From assembly GCA_002269645.1 (NCBI GenBank), contig NIVC01001257.1, positions 263,613-327,612 of the forward strand: a stretch of 64,000 bases of DNA. Reading direction: 5' to 3'. The position numbers and the translations under genes were made by a program. Below, one piece after another: positions 25,001-35,200 of this stretch (position 1 is its first letter; every line of letters begins with the position of its first letter). Origin of the DNA: Macrostomum lignano (taxonomy: Eukaryota). The notes under the pieces were generated by a model, which saw only the letters and a program-made list of their open reading frames with translations, had not been told where the DNA came from and did no database searches.

Positions 25001-27860
25001 GAAGATTGGGGTGGGGTAGCGGAGGCTGGGGTAGCAGAGCACAATGAAGGATTGGGGTGGGGTACCGGAGGCTCATTGAAGGATTGGGGTGGGTTACCGG
25101 AGGCTCATTGAAGGATTGGGGTGGTGTAGCGTAAGCTCAATAAGTATTGCGGTGGGTAGCGGAAGGTTCAATGAATGATGAGGTGGGTAGCGGAGGCTCA
25201 ATGAATTATCGGTAGAGCAGTAAGAGCACACGAAGTAGAATTCTTTTCTGTACAGACGCACTTCCATCACTCATGCAGAGCAGTTGCTCGCTTGGCACAA
25301 ATTTAGGAAGGATATTTAATGTACACTATCTCTTTTTCCGATTATTATTACTATAATTAAAAATGACATGACGTTAAAGTCATTACATGACTTCAAATTA
25401 TCAAAACTTGCTCGCCTCCTAGGCTGTGCGAAAACGTTGACGGAAAGAACAGGATGTTGTAAGTATTTGACCAGGACTATTGCATCCGTCACATATCATT
25501 GCTTAAAGTGTGGCTAAAGCAGTATTTGCCGCTTAATTGCTTTGTAACAATTTAAAAAACACTGTTACTGGTTAGACAAGAAGTATAGGGAATGGAAAAC
25601 TAATTGTTGATTCAACGTGCAAAATATTCGCCCTCCACGTGCGACAATTATAACTTGTTTGCTCTCTCGCTCGCTCTAACCGCTTTTTGTGCAGTGCAGC
25701 TCGTGCATTCAGTCAGTAAATTTATTCCGTCTAATAAATTCAATAAAGCCTAATTGTTCAGGCTTGCTCGGTGTATTATAATGAGCCTAAAACTTACATG
25801 TAGGAGGTAGGCTTGAAAGAACTTTCTCTGCGCAAATCTTGCCAAAAAGGCCTGGTAATGTAGCGTAGGAATCAACGAACTGCATGGATACTTTAGCGGG
25901 GCCGCACAGTTAGCTATAGATTAGCAAATAGCCATATTAATAAAATATGAGACTACTTAAACATTAGTAATGGTAGCATTCTTCTTTCAACATGCAATAC
26001 GAGTAGTTATTTGCCGTACTGTCAACACCAAAGTGGTATCGGAGGGGTCTTTATAAAATCAATAGATATGCCCCCAACACCCCTTTACCCCAATCATAAC
26101 AGGCAGCCTTCCCCTCGGCCCGGTGGAGAAAGAGCTAGAAGGGGTAGAAAATAGACTATCGATTAAAGCAGGGTGTATGTACGCAGCGAGGGCGGGGGTT
26201 AGAAAGACGAACTTATCAAATGTACATTGAGTCAGCAAGGAAGCGAAGATAAGATAATAGAATTACAAGGCTAAGATAGACAACAGCTAGCTTTCTAAAG
26301 TATAAAAAACCAGCTACAAACAATCAATACTAGGAGAATTTGGTGTGGATGACTTTTTGCGCATGTAAAGTAGTGACGTCATTATACAAATATTATTGTG
26401 ATTGAACTAATTTGTTTCCAATAATCCATATCCAGGCTTGCGTTGGTTAGACTAACAAAATCATCAAGGCTTTGAGTATTCTGTGCAATGAAATACGTTG
26501 CTAACTTGATGAAATATTCGGATGAATGCTCGATATTTATTTCATGATTATTGGTTTGCCCGATAAAAATTCAATTGTGTTCTAACTCCTAATTCGAAAA
26601 CATTTTTTCGCTCTCTGACACGCCGTTAAACTTCCATTCCAATTCCAGCGGCACCTCCGACCTGTTCGCCACTTGCTCCTACCAGGACATCCGGGTGTGG
26701 CACACGCCCTCCCAGAAGGAGCTGCTGCGCATCACCGTGCCCAACATGACCTGCTTCGCCATCGATTTCCTGCGCGACGGTAGCGGCATTGTATCCGGCT
26801 GGGACGACAGCAAGATCCGCGTGTTCTTCCCCGAGACCGGCCGGCTGATGTACGCCATCAACGACGCGCACAAAAAAGGCGTCACGGCCATCACGGCCAC
26901 GTCCGACTGCAGCCGGATCATCTCCGGCGGCGGCGAGGGCCACGTTCGCGTCTGGCGCGTCGAGGAACGCATCGCCAAGTCCGGCCAGAAGACATTCGTC
27001 ACCGAGCTCGAGGAGGCACTGAAGGAGCACGCCAACGCCGTGTCCTGCATCCGGGTGTCCAAGGACAACACTCAGTGCGTGTCCGCCTCATCTGATGGCA
27101 GCTGCATCGTCTGGGATCTCAGGTAAGCCAACAGGATGACCGTAGTAATGAGTAGGGACCTCAGGTTAGTGCAGCGCATGTAGCGACAAACCAGATGTTG
27201 TGTTGACCATAGCTCGAACGACACTATCACCAAGTTTATCTACTTTAAACTTTATCTACCAATACGAATGATGATGCACTCCGTTACCACCGCAGATCCT
27301 TCCGCCGCAAGCAGATCATGTTTGCCAACACGCTGTTCCGCTGCGTCTGCTTCGAACCGGAAGAGTGCCAGGTGATCACCAGCGGCACGGACAGGAAAAT
27401 CTGCTACTGGGAGCTGTACGACGGCACCCTCATCCGCGAGCTGGACGGCTCCCGGTCCGGCTCCGTGAACGGCATGGACATCAGCCTGGATGGCCAGTAT
27501 TATGTCACCGCTGGAGACGACAAGATTGTCAAGGTGAGTTATGTACTCAACGCGAAGTTGAATTGTGTGGTACGAGTACATCAGCGCAACATGGGCTCCC
27601 ATCTAGTCCTTGACCTTGCGTGAAACATTCATTAATAAGCTGTTGAAGATCTAGTCTAGGACCCGTAGCTCATCATTAGCACTTCATAAATCCTATAATT
27701 TAATCCCCTACAGGTGTGGCGCTACGCCGAAGGTGACGTCACCCACGTGGGCCAGGGCCACAGCTCGCCGATCATGCGGGCCAAGATCTGCCCGAACAAC
27801 CGCCTCATCGTGACCGTCTCAGACGATGGCGGCATCTTCGTGTGGAAATTTCCCTACTAA
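22019..27860 (+). CDS. CFAP52: Cilia- and flagella-associated protein 52 (WDR16), 639 aa. Exons 22019-22088, 22497-22696, 22779-22915, 23008-23136, 23741-24091, 24292-24465, 26649-27122, 27296-27533, 27714-27860.
   Basis: WD40 repeats with CFAP52-typical segments (IIGFNG, LAFSPND..LVSLGGQDDGSVVVWS, ITSGTDRKI.YWE..DG..IRELDGS). All eight introns are GT-AG and phase-consistent; 1920 nt in total. Confidence 0.95.
23176..23440 (+). other. Multi-hairpin structured element in CFAP52 intron 4, including a pre-miRNA-like stem-loop at 23293-23377
   Basis: 29-bp stem (23302-23330 / 23340-23368, 2 mismatches, 9-nt loop) plus four smaller hairpins. Identity unknown. Confidence 0.5.
24630..25210. repeat. 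31/32-bp G-rich minisatellite in CFAP52 intron 6
   Basis: Unit GGCTCAATGAAG(G)ATTGGGGTGGGGTAGC(A/G)GA, degenerate at both ends. Confidence 0.92.
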
Positions 27861-28517
27861 CTAAAAAACCGAAAAATCGGCAAGCAACCAAACTAATCTA
27901 CTAATAGTAGGAAAGATGCGCGCACGAGTTGAAATTCCAGATCTCGTAAAGAGAAAATTTTGGAGAAACTTGGTGATACAGCGAAATTGTAAAGCTGAAT
28001 GCGAATGCCTATGGTTCTAATTTTTAATGTTCAGATAGTTTTATATTTTTATTACCGTGATCTCTTTGTTGGCGTGGATCGTTATTGTTATTTTGTTACT
28101 TGCGATAATTATTTCCCCTTTCTCGAGTTCCCGTTTTTCGATATTTTATTGATGATAAAAGTTTTGCGCGTTTTGTTTTTGTTCTTTTTTGTGTCCTAAG
28201 ACTTCGACAATAATTACGACCGTGTACTTTTTTGAAAGATTGTTGACACCTGTAAAACCATTTGCTGCTTCTGCTCTGTTTCCGAATATTAAGCACAGTT
28301 TATTTACAATTACGGAATAAAAAGTAATAGATTAGTTGTTGACACAGAGAATGAGTTTGCTTAAATAACATTGTTTATTTGATTTTTTAAAGATTGCTAT
28401 CAAGTCTTGGAAATCGCTGGATCGAGATGAGATGCAATTGGAAGAGTAGGCGGCTCTGAGCTGCACGCTTCAATAATTTATTCACTGAAGTGTCACGAAT
28501 ATCATATTCATGTACAT

Positions 28518-28899
28518 GTAAGCGTCACAATCCCATTCAGGTAAGGGTCACAATCCCATTCAGTTAAGGGTCACAATCCCCTTCAGGTAAGGGTCACAAT
28601 CCCATTCAGGTAAGGGTCACAATCCCATTCAGGTAAGGGTCACAATCCCCTTCAGGTAAGGGTCACAATCCCCTTCAGTTAAGGGTCACAATCCCCTTCA
28701 GGTAAGGGTCACAATCCCCTTCAGGTAAGGGTCATAATCCCATTCAGGTAAGGGTCACAATCCCCTTCAGGTAAGGGTCACAATCCCATTCAGGTAAGGG
28801 TCACAATCCCTTCAGGTAAGGGTCACAATCCCCTTCAGGTAAGGGTCACAATCCCCTTCAGGTAAGGGTCACAATCCCCTTCAGGTAAGCGTCATAATC
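28518..28899. repeat. 23-bp minisatellite, about 16 units, between the convergent 3' ends of CFAP52 and the second GPCR
   Basis: Unit GTCACAATCCC(A/C)TTCAGGTAAGG. Confidence 0.95.
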
Positions 28900-29112
28900 T
28901 TCACAAAGCAACGATCCTTGAATTTGATAGACTTAAGACAAGGATCACTAGAAGTTACTTCTGTCTGTGGTACTTCTAGTGGTCCTTGACTTAAAATTCG
29001 CGAGCTCGATATGCCAACATACATTTGAAAATCAAGCGTTCAGAAAGAGAGCAAAATCGAGAAGGATGAGCAAATTTTTAAAGGGAATGCAGGAAAAGCA
29101 ACTCTAAGGGCA

Positions 29113-30911
29113 TCAGCTTCGACTGACAGTCAGTGCGGGTCTGCCGAGGTCCGTTTGGTCCGAGCGCTGCGACGAACTGCCGGAGCGCATCGACACGACG
29201 GAGCCGTAGAGCGGCTTGCGCTGGAGGAAACCTGGAGACGATAATGGCGCGGGAGGGAATCCCTGAGCTGATTAATCAAGCTGGATGGGTTAAATCAAAG
29301 TCTCAGTAAAAATACCAAGGTTTAACAGTTGTTTGACGTTGTTTGACGTTGTTTGTTTGATCTTGGGTTCGTTTCGGTGTGCGACCACGTTAATTCGGTG
29401 ATTGTGCTGGGAAACTGACCCAAGGCTTGTGGTGCGATTACCACACACGAGGGCCAGCCCCAACCCAATGAATAATATCTTATAAATATTCGCTTGTGTT
29501 CAGTGGTCAGGTCGTGTTCAGTGGTCAGGTCGTGTTCAGTGGTCAGGTCGTGTTCAGTGGTCAGGTCGTGTTCAGTGGTCAGGTCGTGTTCAGTGGTCAG
29601 GTCGTGTTCAGTGGTCAGGTCGTGTTCAGTGGTCAGGTCGTGTTCAGTGGTCAGGTCGTGTTCAGTGGTCAGGTCGTGTTCAGTGGTCAGGTCGTGTTCA
29701 GTGGTCAGTCAGGTCGTGTTCAGTGGTCAGTCAGGTCGTGTTCAGTGGTCAGTCAGGTCGTGTTCAGTGGTCAGTCAGGTCGTGTTCAGTGGTCAGGTCG
29801 TGGCCAGTGGCCTTGGTCCCCACGAGTGCCAATTTCGCTCTAACACAACTTCTTCAGCGCAATTACCTGGGCATCGAATGCTTTTCGACAATCGCTGACG
29901 GAAGGCGACTCTCAGGTACGGGGCGCTCATGCCGTAGGCGAATATGTTGAAGGCGTTGTGCAGCAGCATGACGAAGTGGGTGACGTGGGCCCAGTAGTTC
30001 AGCAGGGTGCCATTGCCGTTGCTCAGCTCCTCGATCACGTTGTACTGGTTGATGTCGTCAGAGTGGGCGGCCTCAATCAGCTGCACGACGGTGTTGGGCG
30101 CGGTGAAGACGAGGAACACCGAGGACAGGATGGTCAGCGAGCCGAACAGCTGGCGACCGTCCGCCGCGCCACCGGAGCTGCTGCTGGCCGACGCCTGACG
30201 AAGGTGACGGCGACGGAGCGCCAGCAGGGCGCAGTTGCAGACCAAGATGACGGCCAGAGGCAGGACGGGGAACACCAGCGCCAGCCAGAGCTTCTCGGTT
30301 TTGTACGTCATGAACAGCCAGTCCCGACGCCAGCACTGCACAAAGAAGTCCGCCGGCACGAGCACCACGCGGCGTCGGTTGAGCAGCAGCGGTGAGCAGA
30401 GCGCGGCGACAACAACCAGGACCATGGCGATTGTCAGGCGGTGCCACCGTCGCGAGCTCAGCCTGGGACTGAACGGCATCAGAACGGAGAACACTTTGGC
30501 CACGGCTAGAGCCGCCACAGTCCAAGCGGCTGCTGCGGCGAAGTACACCTCGAAGAAGGTCAGCAGTCGGCAGGCCAGGGTGGAGCTCTGGCGCAACAGG
30601 GTGTCGTAGTGCAGCGACAGTGTGGTGGGCAGCAGGTTGCACCACAGACACAGCAAGTCCAGCACCGACAGGGCGAGAAAGTACAGACAGGCGCAGCTCT
30701 CGGACAGCACCACCAGGCTGAACAGCAGGGCGAACAGGTTGCTGAAGGTGCCAACCAGCAGCAGGGCCGGATAGCCGCAGCGGATGAGGTCGGCCACGGA
30801 GCTGAGCTGGCCGGGGAGGGTGGCGCTCAGCCTCGGATCGATCCACATCCGGTTGGGCACTCGCAGCGCCTCGAAGTGGCCGTGCATCACCGTGTCAACG
30901 AACTTGATCAC
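29113..30911 (-). CDS. Rhodopsin-family 7TM receptor (orphan, peptide-receptor-like). Exons 30911-29867 (first in-frame ATG 30887) and 29231-29113.
   Basis: Seven hydrophobic segments: GTFSN (TM1), LSVLD (TM2), CRLL (TM3 Cys), HNAFNIFAY (TM7). Donor CCAG|GTAATT at 29867 and acceptor CTCCAG|GT at 29231 are both phase 1 and give a Ser/Thr-rich tail GFLQRKPLYGSVVSMRSGSSSQRSDQTDLGRPALTVSRS*. Confidence 0.82.
29495..29802. repeat. 18/22-bp minisatellite in the last intron of the second GPCR
   Basis: Unit GTGTTCAGTGGTC(AGTC)AGGTC. Confidence 0.95.
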
Positions 30912-31356
30912 CTTCGCGTGCGGGCATGGGTTGGGGGAGGAAGGCTTCCAAGGAATTCTCTATTTAGGACTAGTCCATTTGGGGAATTCCCCGTGATAAA
31001 TTGCCCATTTAGGGAATTTCCCATTTTAGTTAGAGGCAGGGGCTGTGGGCACCGGCGAGAGGCATTGCTGCCCATTCCGCCGACTCCCCTGAGCAGGCAC
31101 ACAAGCGTGCGGGTACGTACGCAGTCATACGCACAGGCACGCACTCACACAAGAGTGTACAGCGGCCCTAACTTTATTTATGGTTAGGCAAGGCATGTAC
31201 ACTTCACTGCGCCTTGGGGGTTGGCCCTCAAGGGCGGTAATTGCAGAGCCAAGCCGAGATTCCAATTTAGCCCCAAATTAATGTGACTGCACTTGGAATA
31301 AATAGAGCCCGGACTGGGCTGAGCTTCAGAGCGCCGCCCACTAGGCTACGGCCCGA

Positions 31357-31812
31357 GGGAATTCCCCTTGAGAAATAGTCTATTTTAGGAATCCCCCATT
31401 AGAAATAATCTATTTTGGGAATCCCCCGTGAGAAATAATCTATTTTAGGAATCCCCATTAGAAATAATCTATTTTGGGAATTCCCCTTGAGAAATAATCT
31501 ATTTTAGGAATCCCCCTTAGAAATAATCTATTTTGGGAATTCCCCTTGAGAAATAATCTATTTAGGGAATTCCCCATGAGAAATAATCTATTTAGGGAAT
31601 TCCCCATGAGAAATAATCTGTTTGGGAAATCCCCCGTGAGAAATAATCTATTTAGGAAATCCCCGTGAGAAATAATCTATTTAGGGAATCCCCCGTGAGA
31701 AATAATCTATTTAGGGAATCCCCGTGAGAAAAAAACTATTTAGGGAATTCCCCGTGAGAAATAATCTATTTAGGGAATTCCTCATGAGAAATAATCTATT
31801 TTCGGGATTCCC
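31357..31812. repeat. 29-31-bp minisatellite with a palindromic GGGAATTCCC core
   Basis: Unit approximately GAGAAATAATCTATTT(T)(A/G)GGAAT(T)CCCC(G/T)T. Confidence 0.9.
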
Positions 31813-31832
31813 CAAGAGCCCCAGACTCCAAC

Positions 31833-32167
31833 CTTGTGAGTGCTGTTGAACTGCAGACAGGCGTCGCCATTGGCCACCACGTTGAGCAGTCGGGACTGCA
31901 GCTCGGCCGTGATGGTTGGCTGCCAGCTGTGCAGTAGCTGCTGCGGATTGGTCAGCTGGACCAACAGAGTTCGGCGACAGTCGGCTGGTACCGGAGCGTC
32001 CGGCAGGCGGTTCTGGGCGAACTCGGACAGGGTAGACTCACCCGGCTGGCCGGAGTGACGCAACAGGCTGCTGTAGGTCACTTCGGATTTGCCGATGCGC
32101 AGGTACTGCTGAAGATACCTGCGTGCGCGATTGAATCGATAACTGGACTGGATGAAGTCATGGACTT
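31833..32167 (-). CDS. Putative coding exon (~111 aa), possibly an N-terminal extracellular exon of the second GPCR
   Basis: GC-rich, coding-like codons, open frame. TAG acceptor at 32168. AAG|GTTGGA donor at 31833 is phase 0, compatible with GAAG|GTG at 30911. Contains an N-S-T sequon. No homology recognised. Confidence 0.5.
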
Positions 32168-32283
32168 CTATTTGTTTCGCTTGGATTGGAAGCCAAATTG
32201 TTAGTGCTTTCAAAGTTCGGCCTACGCGTAAAGTAAAATTAAAAGAACAGCAAGAGCAAATCTTGTTTTCGTTATAATGCATT

Positions 32284-35200
32284 AAGAGACAGGGGCGCTG
32301 ACCAAGAGACAGGGGCGCTGACCGAGAGACAGGGGCGCTGACCAAGAGACAGGGGCGCTGACCGAGAGACAGGGGCGCTGACCAAGAGACAGGGGCGCCC
32401 ACCAAGAGACAGGAACGCCCACCAAGAGACAATGGCGCTGACCAAGAGACAGGGGCGCTGACCAAGAGACAGGGGCGCTGACCGAGAGACAGGGGCGCTG
32501 ACCAAGAGACAGGGGCGCGCACTAAGAGACAGGGGCGCCCACCAAGAGACAGGGGCGCTGACCGAGAGACAGGGGAGCTGACCAAGAGACAGGGGCGCTG
32601 ACCGAGAGACAGGGGCGCCCACCAAGAGACAGGGGCGCCCACCAAGAGACAGGGGCGCTGACCAAGAGACAGGGGCGCTGACCAAGAGACAGGGGCGCCC
32701 ACCAAGAGACAGGGGCGCTGACCAAGAGACAATGGCGCTGACCAAGAGACAATGACGCTGACCAAGAGACAGGGGCGCTGACCGAGAGACAGGGGCGCCC
32801 ACCAAGAGACAGGGGCGCCCACCAAGAGACAATGGCGCTGACCAAGAGACAGGGGCGCCCACAAAGAGACAGGGGCGCCCACCAAGAGACAGGGGCGCTG
32901 ACCAAGAGACAGGGGCGCCCACCAAGAGACAAGGGCGCTGACCGAGAGACAGGGGCGCTGACCAAGAGACAGGGGCGCTGACCGAGAGACAGGGGCGCTG
33001 ACCAAGAGACAGGGGCGCCCACCAAGAGACAGGGGCGCTGACCAAGAGACAGGGGCGCCCACCAAGAGACAGGGGCGCGCACTAAGAGACAGGGACGCCC
33101 ACCAAGAGACAGGGGCGCTGACCGAGAGACAGGGGCGCTGACCAAGAGACAGGGGCGCTGACCGAGAGACAGGGGCGCTGACCAAGAGACAGGGGCGCCC
33201 ACCAAGAGACAGGGGCGCCCACCAAGAGACAATGGCGCTGACCAAGAGACAGGGGCGCCCACCAAGTGACAGGGGCGCCCACCAAGAGACAGGGGCGCCC
33301 ACCAAGAGACAGGGGCGCTGACCGAGAGACAGGGGCGCTGACCAAGAGACAGGGGCGCTGACCGAGAGACAGGGGCGCTGACCAAGAGACAGGGGCGCTG
33401 ACCAAGAGACAGGGGCGCCCACCAAGAGACAGGGGCGCCCACCAAGAGACAGGGGCGCTGACCAAGAGACAGGGGCGCTGACCAAGAGACAGGGGCGCCC
33501 ACCAAGAGACAGGGGCGCTGACCGAGAGACAGGGGCGCTGACCAAGAGACAGGGGCGCTGACCGAGAGACAGGGGCGCTGACCAAGAGACAGGGGCGCCC
33601 ACCAAGAGACAGGGGCGCCCACCAAGAGACAATGGCGCTGACCAAGAGACAGGGGCGCCCACCAAGAGACAATGGCGCTGACCAAGAGACAGGGGCGCCC
33701 ACCAAGAGACAATGGCGCTGACCAAGAGACAGGGGCGCCCACCAAGAGACAGGGGCGCCCACCAAGAGACAGGGGCGCTGACCGAGAGACAGGGGCGCTG
33801 ACCAAGAGACAGGGGCGCTGACCGAGAGACAGGGGCGCCCACCAAGAGACAGGGGCGCCCACCAAGAGACAGGGGCGCCCACCAAGAGACAGGGGCGCCC
33901 ACCAAGAGACAGGGGCGCCCACCAAGAGACAGGGGCGCTGACCAAGAGACAGGGGCGCCCACCAAGAGACAGGGGCGCTGACCGAGAGACAGGGGCGCTG
34001 ACTAAGAGACAGGGGCGCTGACCGAGAGACAGGGGCGCTGACCAAGAGACAATGGCGCTGACCAAGAGACAGGGGCGCCCACCAAGAGACAATGGCGCTG
34101 ACCAAGAGACAGGGGCGCCCACCAAGAGACAGGGGCGCGCACTAAGAGACAGGGGCGCCCACCAAGAGACAGGGGCGCCCACCAAGAGACAGGGGCGCGC
34201 ACTAAGAGACAGGGGCGCCCACCAAGAGACAGGGGCGCTGACCAAGAGACAGGGGCGCTGACCAAGAGACAGGGGCGCCCACCAAGAGACAGGGGCGCTG
34301 ACCAAGAGACAGGGGCGCCCACCAAGAGACAGGGGCGCCCACCAAGAGACAGGGGCGCTGACCAAGAGACAGGGGCGCTGACCGAGAGACAGGGGCGCTG
34401 ACCAAGAGACAGGGGCGCCCACCAAGAGACAGGGGCGCTGACCGAGAGACAGGGGCGCTGACCAAGAGACAGGGGCGCCCACCAAGAGACAGGGGCGCCC
34501 ACCAAGAGACAATGGCGCTGACCAAGAGACAGGGGCGCCCACCAAGAGACAGGGGCGCGCACTAAGAGACAGGGGCGCCCACCAAGAGACAGGGGCGCCC
34601 ACCAAGAGACAGGGGCGCGCACTAAGAGACAGGGGCGCCCACCAAGAGACAGGGGCGCCCACCAAGAGACAGGGGCGCTGACCAAGAGACAGGGGCGCTG
34701 ACCAAGAGACAGGGGCGCCCACCAAGAGACAGGGGCGCTGACCAAGAGACAGGGGCGCCCACCAAGAGACAAGGGCGCTGACCGAGAGACAGGGGCGCTG
34801 ACCAAGAGACAGGGGCGCTGACCGAGAGACAGGGGCGCTGACCAAGAGACAGGGGCGCCCACCAAGAGACAGGGGCGCCCACCAAGAGACAATGGCGCTG
34901 ACCAAGAGACAGGGGCGCTGACCAAGAGACAGGGGCGCTGACCGAGAGACAGGGGCGCTGACCAAGAGACAGGGGCGCCCACCAAGAGACAGGGGCGCCC
35001 ACCAAGAGACAGGGGCGCCCACCAAGAGACAGGGGCGCTGACCAAGAGACAGTGGCGCTGACCAAGAGACAGGGGCGCCCACCAAGAGACAGGGGCGCTG
35101 ACCGAGAGACAGGGGCGCTGACCAAGAGACAGGGGCGCTGACCGAGAGACAGGGGCGCTGACCAAGAGACAGGGGCGCTGACCGAGAGACAGGGGCGCTG

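Noticed and set aside
29793-29866. C-terminus of the 372-aa GPCR ORF as given (GNCAEEVV...PLATT*)
   Set aside because: A phase-1 donor at 29867 and a matching coding-like exon at 29231-29113 fit better, and the track's stop lies inside an intronic repeat unit.
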